Assembly (NCBI GenBank): GCA_001795615.1
Contig: MGKI01000011.1
Location: 44,996-108,995, forward strand
Length of the DNA stretch: 64,000 nucleotides
Direction of reading: 5' to 3'
Origin: Candidatus Yanofskybacteria bacterium RIFCSPLOWO2_01_FULL_42_49
GTDB taxonomy: Bacteria; Patescibacteriota; Minisyncoccia; 2-02-FULL-40-12; GWA2-44-9
Below are positions 28,699 to 37,821 of the stretch, piece after piece (position 1 is the first letter of the stretch; the number at the start of each line of letters is the position of its first letter). A model generated the notes under the pieces. The model did no database searches and had not been told where the DNA came from. It saw nothing but the letters and a program-made list of their open reading frames with translations. The position numbers and the translations under genes are program-made.

Positions 28699-28846
28699 TT
28701 ATATTCAGAGCGAGAGGACAATCAATTAGAGACAAGATAGCGAAGCTTGAGCCCAAGACGAATGTTCGGAGGCCGGGTAGCCGAGAGAGAGCGCAAAGCC
28801 CAGCAGGGTTTTGACGCGGTGAGTTGTGGCTTAAGCAAGCGACTGT

Positions 28847-29365
28847 CTATAATTGGTTGTCTTCGAGCTGCTTTTCTTCTTGTTCGTTTGTTTCTTGTTC
28901 TCTGTCTTTCTTCTCTTTCGCCGGCGGCGCATCATCTTTCCCAGGTTCGCCTATTTCTCGATAGATTGTGCCCAATACTCCGTTAACAAATTTCCCGGAC
29001 GACTCTCCGCCGAACGATTTTGCCAGTTCAATTGCCTCATTGATGGCAACTTTGGGAGGCACCTCTTCCCTGTTGCCGAAAAGCAGTTCATAAAGCCCGA
29101 GACGAAGAACATTGCGATCAATAACAGCTATCTGTTCAAGCGGCCACTGGGGTGCAGCCTTTTCAATAATTTTATCCAGCTCTTTAATATGTTCAATAAC
29201 TCCGTTGATAAGATTACGGATAAACGACGGATCTTCCACTCCGGCTGCAAACTCTTTGATATTTCTTTCTACCACCTCAGACAGCATCTCTTCTTTTCTG
29301 CCTCGAAAATCCCACTCATAAAGGGACTGCATAGCAACACTTCTAGAAAGATGTCTACTGGCCAT
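28847..29365 (-). CDS. nusB: Transcription antitermination factor NusB
   Basis: [45 protein letters not shown]. Confidence 0.96.
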   Translation of the reverse strand: MASRHLSRSVAMQSLYEWDFRGRKEEMLSEVVERNIKEFAAGVEDPSFIRNLINGVIEHIKELDKIIEKAAPQWPLEQIAVIDRNVLRLGLYELLFGNREEVPPKVAINEAIELAKSFGGESSGKFVNGVLGTIYREIGEPGKDDAPPAKEKKDREQETNEQEEKQLEDNQL

Positions 29366-29371
29366 CTTTTA

Positions 29372-29484
29372 AATTTCTAATATCTAATTCCTAATTACCA
29401 ATAAAATGTCCGATGGATTTAATGTCTAATTGGAAATTTAGAATTTAATATTTTATTAGTAATTAGGTATTAGTAATTAGACAT
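29372..29484. repeat. Inverted 7-mer array (ctaat...attag), no cargo
   Basis: tttctaatatctaattcctaattaccaata...attagtaattaggtattagtaattagac. Confidence 0.75.
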
Positions 29485-29485
29485 T

Positions 29486-29701
29486 CTATTTCCCCGCCTT
29501 CTTCTCCTTCTTCTTCAACTCTTTCGCCAAAACATTTATAACTTCCCTGCCCTTATAATAGCCGCAATTTTTACAAACAATGTGCGGCAAAATCTCACGA
29601 TTACAGTGAGAACATTTAACTAATTTCTTCGGCTTCAGAGCAAGGTGGCTTCGCCTTCGAAGCTGTTTGCCCTTTGCCATATGATGTCTTGGTACTGCCA
29701 T
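29486..29701 (-). CDS. rpmF: 50S ribosomal protein L32
   Basis: MAVPR..RRRSH, CSHC..PHIVCKNCGYYKG. Confidence 0.95.
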   Translation of the reverse strand: MAVPRHHMAKGKQLRRRSHLALKPKKLVKCSHCNREILPHIVCKNCGYYKGREVINVLAKELKKKEKKAGK

Positions 29702-29807
29702 GGTTTACAAACATTAACACGGAAAACTAGTTTTTGCAAATAAATATCCGAGCGTTAAATGTTGTCCACAATTGTCGTAAACTTTTTTAGAGTGTTAGAA
29801 TGAGGTT

Positions 29808-32800
29808 ATGAACCCCCACACTCATACAAGCGAAAGCTCCAAACAAGAAAATCGCTCGATGAGTGTGGGGGTGAAATTCATTCACCTTCACACTCACTCC
29901 CATTACTCTCTCCTTGACGGACTCTCTAAGGTGAGTGGCATGGTCAAACTGGCAAAGAAACATGGGATGACCGCTATCGGACTGACTGACCATGGGGCAA
30001 TGTACGGAGCTATCGACTTTTACACAGCCTGCGTAAAAAACGGCATCAAGCCCATCATCGGCATAGAAGTATATGTGGCCAACCGCTCCCGTCTTCAAAA
30101 AGAATCTCATGTCGATAACAAACGCTATCATCTAACGCTTCTCGCCAAAAACAATACCGGCTATCAAAATTTAATAAAGCTCACAACCTCCGCCCACTTG
30201 GAGGGCTATTATTATAAACCCCGCGTCGACAAGGACCTGCTTCGCTCCCACGCCGAGGGACTTATCGCCCTCTCCGGCTGTCCAGCCGGCGAACTTGGCC
30301 GGGCTATCCAATCAGGAAACAAAGATAAGGCCGAAGCGGTTATCAGAGAATACCAAGAAATCTTCGGTCTGGAGAATTATTACTTAGAAATAATGCACCA
30401 TCCGGATGTTGAATTTTTCCAAGAATGGAGAGAAGCCCTCATTGAGTTCTCAAGAAAACTCAATATCCCGTTAGTCGCCACCCAGGACTCTCACTACCTT
30501 CACCCAGACGATGCGTTCGCCCACAAAACTTTGGTTGCCATTTCAACAAACACTGACATTGGGGACACCGCCATCTTTTCCGGCAACGGACAGTATCACT
30601 TTATCTCCACCGAGGAAGCCCTTGAGTGGTTTAAAGATATTCCGGAAGCGGTTGAAAACACCGAAAAAGTCGCCGAAAGATGCAATGTTAATTTAACTTT
30701 GGGCAAATTTATTTTCCCAGACTTTGTTCTTGAACCAGGCAAAACAGCCGATCAAATGCTCAATGAACTTACTTTCAAGGGCGCGCAAGAACGAGGATTA
30801 GACAACAGCCCAGAGGCTGAAGAAAGACGCCGTTACGAACTTGAAATCATTAAAAATAAAAATTACTCCCCCTATTTCCTTGTTGTTGCCGACCTACTTC
30901 GATTTGCCCGAGAATCCAAAATTTACACAACCGTCCGCGGTTCAGTCGCCGGCTCTTTGGTGGCATATCTGGCCGGTATCACCAATGTTAATCCCCTGGA
31001 ATTCCAGCTCCCGTTTGAGCGGTTTTTAAACCCCTTCCGGCCCTCGGCTCCGGATATTGACATGGACTTTGCCGACAACCGGCGGGGAGAAGTCATAGAA
31101 TACGCCAAACAGAAATACGGAGCTGACAAGGTAGCTCAAATTGGAACATTCGGCACCATGCTGGCCCGGGGAGCAGTCCGCGACGTAGCAAGAGCACTGG
31201 GGAAGCCGTATGATGTCGGCGATCGTATTGCCAAACTCATACCAATGGGATCCCAAGGATTCCCGATGACGATAGATCGCGCCATGAAACTGGAGCCGGG
31301 GTTAAATAATCTTTACAAACAGGATCTTGAAGCTCGTCAAATCCTTGATGTTGCAAAAAAACTTGAAGGCACAGTCCGACATGTGTCGGTTCACGCCGCC
31401 GGCGTAGTTATCGCCCCCAGACCCTTAACTGAATATGTACCAATACAATTTGACCCCAAGGAGGACGGCAATCTAATCACTCAATATGACATGTACACAG
31501 TCGGCGAAGACGGCGTGGGCCTTACCAAGCTTGATTTTCTGGGAATCCGCAACCTGGCAATCTTAGGAAACGCGGTTCATTTGGTTAAAAAACACAGGGA
31601 CATCGACATTGACATTGAAAAGATACCCTTTGACGATAAGAAAACATTTGAAATGCTGGCCAGAGGAGAAACCGAGGGACTTTTTCAATTAAACGGTTCA
31701 GGTATGACCAAATATCTGGTCGAATTAAAACCGACCTCAATTCATGATATCAATCTCATGGTTGCTTTATACCGTCCGGGGCCGATAAATAACATCGCAG
31801 AATATATTGCCAGAAAACAAGGCCGAAGCCCAATCAGATATTTCCACCCAAAAGCCAAACAATGGCTTGAAAAATCATACGGAGTATTGGTCTATCAGGA
31901 CGATCTCTTGTTTACCGCCTTGGAATTGGCCGGTTATAACTGGGAATCGGTTGATAAATTTCGCAAAGCGGTTGGTAAAAAAATACCTGCCGAAATGGCC
32001 AAACAGCACGAAATTTTTGTCCAGGGCTGCCAAACTCACAGCGGAATGACACAGGTGCAAGCAGAACAGATATGGAATTTATTTGAACCTTTCCAGGGAT
32101 ATGGCTTCAACAAGGCCCACGCCGCCTGTTACGGCCGCGTCGCTTACCAAACCGCATACATGAAGGCAAACTTCCCGGCCGAATACATGTGTGCCGTGCT
32201 CACGGCCGAAGCCGGCGATACGGAAAAAATAGCCGGGGTAATATCCGAGTGTCAACGAATGGGAATACCCGTACTGCCGCCGGACATTAACAGTTCGTTC
32301 AAAGATTTTACGGTAATAAAAAACCGACCATTAGCCATTAGCTATCAGCCATTAGCCGATAAAATTAGATTTGGGCTTTTAACAATTAAAAACCTCGGCG
32401 AGGGTGTTGCCGACGCTGTTATTGCCGAACGAGAAGCCAGCGGACCGTATAAAGACACGGAGGATTTCGTAATTAGGATCAGAAATAAAGATTTAAATAA
32501 AAAGTCATTTGAATCATTGGTAAAATGCGGAGCCTTCGACACATTTGGCGAACGCAGCACATTATTATTTAATATGGAGAATCTTCTAACTTATGCCCGG
32601 GACAGGCAAAAAAATAACAATCTCGGCCAAACAAGCTTATTCGGCGGATCACTTGAAGTCGCTCTTCCTCCGCTTCGCCTTGTTGAAACAACGCCCGCTT
32701 CCAACTCTGAAAAACTTATGTGGGAAAAGGAACTCCTTGGACTGTTTGTTTCTAGCCATCCGCTTAATGAATATCAGACGGCTTTAAAGTTTGAGAGAGT

Positions 32801-33089
32801 CTTACCAATTAAAAATGTATCGTCGGCAACAGCAGGACAAATTAAAATAGGCGGAATGATTACCAAAACCCAGAGAATTACGACTAAGACCGGCAGACCG
32901 ATGATCTTTTCATGGCTTGAAGACCTTACATCAAAGATAGAGGTGGTAGTGTTTCCAAATGTTTTTGAAAAGAACCCCGACATCTGGAAAGAAAACAGCA
33001 TTGTCGTTGCCACCGGAAAAATAAACGACCGCGACGGAACTCTCAAATTACTTTGCGACGAGGTTAAGGCTATCGCGGCAACTGTCTAA
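29808..33089 (+). CDS. dnaE: DNA polymerase III alpha subunit
   Basis: HLHTHSHYSLLDG, PDIDMDF, SVHAAGVVI, KLDFLG, YGFNKAH; start ambiguous because of a 5' insertion (29808, 29859 or 29871). Confidence 0.96.
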   Translation: MNPHTHTSESSKQENRSMSVGVKFIHLHTHSHYSLLDGLSKVSGMVKLAKKHGMTAIGLTDHGAMYGAIDFYTACVKNGIKPIIGIEVYVANRSRLQKESHVDNKRYHLTLLAKNNTGYQNLIKLTTSAHLEGYYYKPRVDKDLLRSHAEGLIALSGCPAGELGRAIQSGNKDKAEAVIREYQEIFGLENYYLEIMHHPDVEFFQEWREALIEFSRKLNIPLVATQDSHYLHPDDAFAHKTLVAISTNTDIGDTAIFSGNGQYHFISTEEALEWFKDIPEAVENTEKVAERCNVNLTLGKFIFPDFVLEPGKTADQMLNELTFKGAQERGLDNSPEAEERRRYELEIIKNKNYSPYFLVVADLLRFARESKIYTTVRGSVAGSLVAYLAGITNVNPLEFQLPFERFLNPFRPSAPDIDMDFADNRRGEVIEYAKQKYGADKVAQIGTFGTMLARGAVRDVARALGKPYDVGDRIAKLIPMGSQGFPMTIDRAMKLEPGLNNLYKQDLEARQILDVAKKLEGTVRHVSVHAAGVVIAPRPLTEYVPIQFDPKEDGNLITQYDMYTVGEDGVGLTKLDFLGIRNLAILGNAVHLVKKHRDIDIDIEKIPFDDKKTFEMLARGETEGLFQLNGSGMTKYLVELKPTSIHDINLMVALYRPGPINNIAEYIARKQGRSPIRYFHPKAKQWLEKSYGVLVYQDDLLFTALELAGYNWESVDKFRKAVGKKIPAEMAKQHEIFVQGCQTHSGMTQVQAEQIWNLFEPFQGYGFNKAHAACYGRVAYQTAYMKANFPAEYMCAVLTAEAGDTEKIAGVISECQRMGIPVLPPDINSSFKDFTVIKNRPLAISYQPLADKIRFGLLTIKNLGEGVADAVIAEREASGPYKDTEDFVIRIRNKDLNKKSFESLVKCGAFDTFGERSTLLFNMENLLTYARDRQKNNNLGQTSLFGGSLEVALPPLRLVETTPASNSEKLMWEKELLGLFVSSHPLNEYQTALKFERVLPIKNVSSATAGQIKIGGMITKTQRITTKTGRPMIFSWLEDLTSKIEVVVFPNVFEKNPDIWKENSIVVATGKINDRDGTLKLLCDEVKAIAATV
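29809..29875. mobile_element. MITE-like 59-bp inverted-repeat element flanked by a TGAA direct repeat, at the dnaE start
   Basis: aTGAA[cccccacactcat...atgagtgtggggg]TGAAattc; removing 63 bp restores ATG AAA TTC ATT CAC (MKFIH). Confidence 0.65.
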
Positions 33090-33145
33090 AGAGGAACCTG
33101 CTTCTCTTTTTTGCTAATCACTTTTCTGATATTCTGATAAATAAC

Positions 33146-34366
33146 ATGACGGCAGACGAAAAAACCCTAAAAGACCATCGGGACATAGGCCAAGCATTGG
33201 ATCTTTTTAGTTTCCACGAAATCGCTCCAGGAGCGCCGTTTTGGCATGCTAAAGGAATGACTATTTTTAAGGAGCTGGAAAAACTTGCCAGAGAAATAAA
33301 CGAACAGGAACATTATCTTGAGATTTCGACTCCGATTCTGGTCAAAAAAGAAGTCTTTGTAAAATCAGGCCATTGGGATCATTACCGCGATAACATGTTT
33401 TACTTTGCTAATCCACGGGACGAAAACGAAATGCTGGTTGTGAAACCCATGAACTGTCCCGAATCAACCTACATCTACAATTCTCGAACAAGAAGCTACC
33501 GCGATTTGCCGTTGCGGTTAGCCGAGATTGGGCGCTTAAACCGAAACGAGCTTTCTGGCACCTTAGGCGGCTTATTCAGGGTCAGACAAATCACCATGGA
33601 TGACGCCCATATCTATCTTCGACCCGACCAAGTTGAAGAAGAAATCGTTAAAATAATCGCTACAATCAAGAAATTTTACGATATGTTCGGTTTTAAAACT
33701 ACCTATGTCTTGGCCACCAGTCCAAAAGATGCCCTGGGAAGCAAAGAAGAGTGGAATATGGCAGAAAAAGCGCTTAAAAACGCTCTAGAGATCGCCGATG
33801 TTAAATATACAATTGCAAAAGGCGAGGGGGCTTTTTACGGACCCAAAATAGAAGCACACTTGAGAGATTCTCAGGATCGTGATTGGCAAATGGGCACAGC
33901 TCAATTGGACTTGGTGATGCTCCCCAAACAGTTTGATGTTTTTTACACCGACGAAAATGGCCAACAGAAAATGCCATGGGTTATCCATAGATCTATTTTC
34001 GGTTCGTTCGAAAGATTTATCGGGGTCTTGCTTGAACATACCGCCGGAGCTTTTCCTGTTTGGCTCTCTCCCGTTCAAGTGGTAATATTACCTATCACAG
34101 AAAAACAGAACGAGTGGGCAAAAAGCATCTGCCAAGAATTAAAGGGGGCCGGCATACGCTCGGAAATAAATCTGGAAAATGAAACCCTCGGCAAAAAAAT
34201 ACGCGAAGCCGAAACACAAAAAATTCCCTACCTTCTTGTCGTGGGAGACAAAGAGGTCCAAGCCGGAACTGTTGCAGTCAGACAAAGGGGTAAGGGTGAT
34301 ACTGGCCAGATAAAAGTTGAAGAATTTATAGAAAAAATTAAAAAAGAAATAAACGATAAAAGCTAG
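33146..34366 (+). CDS. thrS: Threonyl-tRNA synthetase, short form (no TGS or editing domain)
   Basis: Begins at DHRDIG; KPMNCP, RSYRDLPLR, GEGAFYGPK, IHRSIFGSFERF. Confidence 0.94.
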   Translation: MTADEKTLKDHRDIGQALDLFSFHEIAPGAPFWHAKGMTIFKELEKLAREINEQEHYLEISTPILVKKEVFVKSGHWDHYRDNMFYFANPRDENEMLVVKPMNCPESTYIYNSRTRSYRDLPLRLAEIGRLNRNELSGTLGGLFRVRQITMDDAHIYLRPDQVEEEIVKIIATIKKFYDMFGFKTTYVLATSPKDALGSKEEWNMAEKALKNALEIADVKYTIAKGEGAFYGPKIEAHLRDSQDRDWQMGTAQLDLVMLPKQFDVFYTDENGQQKMPWVIHRSIFGSFERFIGVLLEHTAGAFPVWLSPVQVVILPITEKQNEWAKSICQELKGAGIRSEINLENETLGKKIREAETQKIPYLLVVGDKEVQAGTVAVRQRGKGDTGQIKVEEFIEKIKKEINDKS

Positions 34367-34389
34367 AAAACCCCGAAAGGGGTTTTTAG
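34364..34389. terminator. Bidirectional terminator
   Basis: tagaaaacccc-gaaa-ggggtttttag. Confidence 0.8.
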
Positions 34390-34441
34390 ATATTTTTTCC
34401 AGAATTTGCAAAATAGCAAAATTTAAAGGCCCATAAGGGCC

Positions 34442-35044
34442 CTAAAGTATTCTGCTCCAGCCGTATATCACTCCGACAGTCTTTAGAAAGTTGCCGATAG
34501 ATAAAGCGATAAAACCCATTTTCCATCTAGCAGTTCCGCACAATACATCAGGCAAAACGCGAAAACCCGGAATCGGCATCAGGCCGAATATAAATACCGT
34601 AATCACTCCCCCGCTTTTCAATAAGACAACAAGCCATTTTAAGATCCCGTTTATGTTACGAAATAACCATCTCTTAGAAACTGGCTCTTCATAGTACTCT
34701 TTGTTGTCCGTAAATTTTAGATATTTTCTGGTAAGACGTATTTCGAGACCTTCTACAAAATTATCCACGCCCTCCTCGCCTCTCAACTTTTTAATAAACT
34801 CTTTATTTTTGAGCCATTTGTCAAAAAGTAGTCCTCTAAAACCCGACCAGCCGTTATAGCCCCCCAACATTTCTAAAAATCCGATGGAACCGACGATTAA
34901 TACTATCACCGGCTTAGTGAATAATTTGTTTCTTATCAAAAACGGGGCAATAATATAATCGGGATTAAAATAAGATAGGAGGTAAACACAAGCAAGAAGA
35001 AAAACAGGCCAAAGTTCCAAAAATTTGGACTTTTTGCTGCTCAC
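34442..35044 (-). CDS. Hypothetical membrane protein
   Basis: 200-aa ORF with several hydrophobic segments. Confidence 0.6.
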   Translation of the reverse strand: MSSKKSKFLELWPVFLLACVYLLSYFNPDYIIAPFLIRNKLFTKPVIVLIVGSIGFLEMLGGYNGWSGFRGLLFDKWLKNKEFIKKLRGEEGVDNFVEGLEIRLTRKYLKFTDNKEYYEEPVSKRWLFRNINGILKWLVVLLKSGGVITVFIFGLMPIPGFRVLPDVLCGTARWKMGFIALSIGNFLKTVGVIYGWSRIL

Positions 35045-35092
35045 ATGCTGTACCTATTTTCTTGTTAAGAAACTTAGTTTATTCTACCTAAC

Positions 35093-36142
35093 ATGGCAGC
35101 TAAAATCAATCCGCCAGCTGGCGGACAAAAACTAATCGTCATTGTAGGCCCGACGGCTTCAGGAAAGTCGGATTTGGGCATCAAAATTGCTAAAAAAATT
35201 TCCGCCAGAGGCGGACCAGCCTCTGGCTGGAACGGTGCGGAAATAATTTCCGCGGATAGCCGACAAGTTTATCGTGGAATGGACGTCGGAACAGGAAAAG
35301 TTTTGCGAGACAAAACTTTTCCTGTTCCGAGTTCAAAAGTTAAAAGTGAAAAGTTAAAAGTTTTAAGAAATTATTTTTATTCTTCGGGGATTCGACATCA
35401 TTTGATAGATGTTGCTTCACCGAAAAAACAATTTACGGCTGATGACTTTAAAAGATTAGGGCAAAAAGCAATAAAAGAAATACTCGAGAAAAATAAAATC
35501 CCCATCATTGTCGGAGGTACCGGATTTTACATTGATATCTTGCTTGGCCGAATGTCGGTTGCCGAAGTCCCGCCAAATCCCAAATTGCGTAAATGCTTCG
35601 AGAGACTCAATACGGAGCATCTTTTCAAAATGCTTCGAAAACTAGACCTCCAACGAGCTAAAACAATAGGACCCAAAAACAAGCGCCGACTTATCCGAGC
35701 ATTGGAGATAATTCTAATAACCGGCAGACCGATACCAAAACCAGTATTAAGTATAAAGTATAAAGTATTATGGTTAGGGTTAAATCCTAAAAACTTGAAA
35801 GAGAGAATTAAGGTTCGCCTAGACGAGCGACTAAAACAAGGGATGATTGAAGAAGTTATAAATTTGCGCAAGCAAGGGGTAAGCTGGAAACGGCTTGATG
35901 GTTTCGGACTGGAATACCGCTATATCTCAAAGTACCTTCGAGAATTTTCAATTTCCAATTTTCAATTTTCAAAAAAAGATTACTACAATAATTTCAAGAA
36001 ATCATTCTATTACGGTAAACTCTTAAGAGATATAATCAAATACTCAAAGCGCCAGATGACCTGGTTCAAGAGAAATGAGGAAACATGTTGGATTAAAAAT
36101 TATTTGGAAGCAGAGAAATTGACGAAAAATTTTGTCTCATAG
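35093..36142 (+). CDS. miaA: tRNA dimethylallyltransferase (several repeat-derived insertions)
   Basis: GPTASGKS, ISADSRQVYRGMDVGTGK, HHLID, VGGTGFY, YSKRQMTWF. Confidence 0.95.
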   Translation: MAAKINPPAGGQKLIVIVGPTASGKSDLGIKIAKKISARGGPASGWNGAEIISADSRQVYRGMDVGTGKVLRDKTFPVPSSKVKSEKLKVLRNYFYSSGIRHHLIDVASPKKQFTADDFKRLGQKAIKEILEKNKIPIIVGGTGFYIDILLGRMSVAEVPPNPKLRKCFERLNTEHLFKMLRKLDLQRAKTIGPKNKRRLIRALEIILITGRPIPKPVLSIKYKVLWLGLNPKNLKERIKVRLDERLKQGMIEEVINLRKQGVSWKRLDGFGLEYRYISKYLREFSISNFQFSKKDYYNNFKKSFYYGKLLRDIIKYSKRQMTWFKRNEETCWIKNYLEAEKLTKNFVS

Positions 36143-36171
36143 CTCTTCCGTACGGAATAGTTGTGAGACAC
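36132..36171. repeat. 40-bp palindrome, solo copy 4 (contains the miaA stop codon)
   Basis: TTGTCTCATAG-CTCTT-CCGTACGG-AATAG-TTGTGAGACAC. Confidence 0.8.
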
Positions 36172-36177
36172 TCGTAT

Positions 36178-37773
36178 CTATGCTCTTAACCTTTCTCTAA
36201 ATATCCCCTCGATTATTTGGGGATTTGCTTTACCCTTTGTTTCCCGCATGGCCATGCCGACAAGAAATTTTAGCGACGCTTCTTTCCCTTTTTTATAATC
36301 TTCCACGGCTTTAGGATTATCAGCAACAACCTTGTCCACCGCCATCTCAAGATCGCCGATGCTTGATAACTGTGCAAGATCTTTTTCTTCTATTATTTTC
36401 CCCGGAGAAGCTCCGGTCGCAAACATTTCTTTCAGCACTGTCTGGGCGCCGCTTGAAGAAACCTCGCCATGGAATATTCTGACGACAAGATCGGCCAGCA
36501 TTTCCGGTAACACTTTTGTATCTGCCAGTTCAGCATAAACCTCTTCGGCCATTCGTTTTAATTCGGTGATAAGATAGTTAGCTGCTAATTTAAAAAGTTG
36601 TTTGTGATGCTCCTCCAGTTTGCCCGCCCCGTAGTGTGATTTCGATTTTTCTTTGCCGGAGGAGGCATTCGAAATCTCTACTTCGGGGTCAAAAGATAAC
36701 AATTCCGAAGCCACATGTTCAAAATAATCTCCGAGCAGTTTGTCTGTGGTAAAAAGCTTAGTGTCCTTTTCTGGCAAACCGTATTGCTTGGCAAATCTTT
36801 CTCTTCTTTGTTGCGGTAACTCTGGAAGTCGGGACTTGATGTCTTCAATGTCGACGTCTTCAAAATGAAGCGGCGGCAAGTCCGGTTCCGGGAAATATCT
36901 GTAATCCTGCGCCTCTTCCTTTGTTCTCATTAAATACGTCTCCCCTTTTTTCTCATCCCAACCCCGTGTCTCTTGCTTTACCTTCTCCCCTGCCTCAAGA
37001 AGTTCGGTTTGTCTTTTTATCTCATAATTAACAGCATCGGCGGCAAACTTAATAGAGTTAATGTTTTTAACCTCAACTTTTGTCCCTAATTTGTTTGGTA
37101 ATTGTCCGCCAACTGGCGGATTGGAAATTGGTAATTCCGGTCGAAGTGATATATTCACTTCTACGCGCATCTGTCCTTTTTCCATGTCGGCGTCGGAAAC
37201 ATTTAAGTATCTCCAAATAAGCTGCAACTCCTCCGCAAATTTTTTGACCTCCTGTCCGCTTTCAAGATCTGGTTCTGTCACCAACTCCATAAGTGGCACC
37301 CCGGCACGATTAAAATCAACCAGTGAGTAGTCGGCACCAGTCGGATGGTACAACCGTCCAGCATCTTCCTCAAGATGTATTCGTGTTATTCTTATTCGTT
37401 TCGGATTTGAAATTTCTGGTTCTGAACTTGTTTCAGATTTTATATCAAGATACCCTTCATAACACAACGGTTTCTGGTATTGAGAAATCTGATAACCCTT
37501 AGGCAAATCTGGGTAAAAGTAATTTTTTCTTTCAAAAAAGGTGTCTTTTTCAATTTTACAATTCAACGCCAATCCGGTCATAATCACTTTTTTCACAGCA
37601 TCTTCGTTTGCGACGGGCAAGGTTCCCGGATGCCCCATACAAATTGGACAGACATTAACATTCGGGTGTTTTTCATCCGGATCATTTAACGAATCACAAA
37701 ACATTTTAGTTTTTGTCTTCAGCTCGGCGTGTATTTCCAGACCGATAACTGGCTTGTATTTAGTAGCGGCCAT
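36178..37773 (-). CDS. gatB: Asp/Glu-tRNA amidotransferase subunit B
   Basis: IGLEIHAEL, RKNYFYPDLPKGYQISQ, HLEEDAG, DFNRAGVPL, DYRYFPEPDL. Confidence 0.97.
   Translation of the reverse strand: MAATKYKPVIGLEIHAELKTKTKMFCDSLNDPDEKHPNVNVCPICMGHPGTLPVANEDAVKKVIMTGLALNCKIEKDTFFERKNYFYPDLPKGYQISQYQKPLCYEGYLDIKSETSSEPEISNPKRIRITRIHLEEDAGRLYHPTGADYSLVDFNRAGVPLMELVTEPDLESGQEVKKFAEELQLIWRYLNVSDADMEKGQMRVEVNISLRPELPISNPPVGGQLPNKLGTKVEVKNINSIKFAADAVNYEIKRQTELLEAGEKVKQETRGWDEKKGETYLMRTKEEAQDYRYFPEPDLPPLHFEDVDIEDIKSRLPELPQQRRERFAKQYGLPEKDTKLFTTDKLLGDYFEHVASELLSFDPEVEISNASSGKEKSKSHYGAGKLEEHHKQLFKLAANYLITELKRMAEEVYAELADTKVLPEMLADLVVRIFHGEVSSSGAQTVLKEMFATGASPGKIIEEKDLAQLSSIGDLEMAVDKVVADNPKAVEDYKKGKEASLKFLVGMAMRETKGKANPQIIEGIFRERLRA
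36622..36689. repeat. 68-bp hairpin element inserted in frame in gatB
   Basis: Near-identical to 51643-51707; encodes PEVEISNASSGKEKSKSHYGAG. Confidence 0.9.
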
Positions 37774-37821
37774 AACTACATTAAAATACCATTATTTTTT
37801 GTAATAAAAAAGTCTCCATTA

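Noticed and set aside
22677-29770. Replication origin near parAB
   Set aside because: No dnaA or dnaN and no DnaA-box cluster; only an isolated near-match (ttgtccaca at 29762) was noticed.
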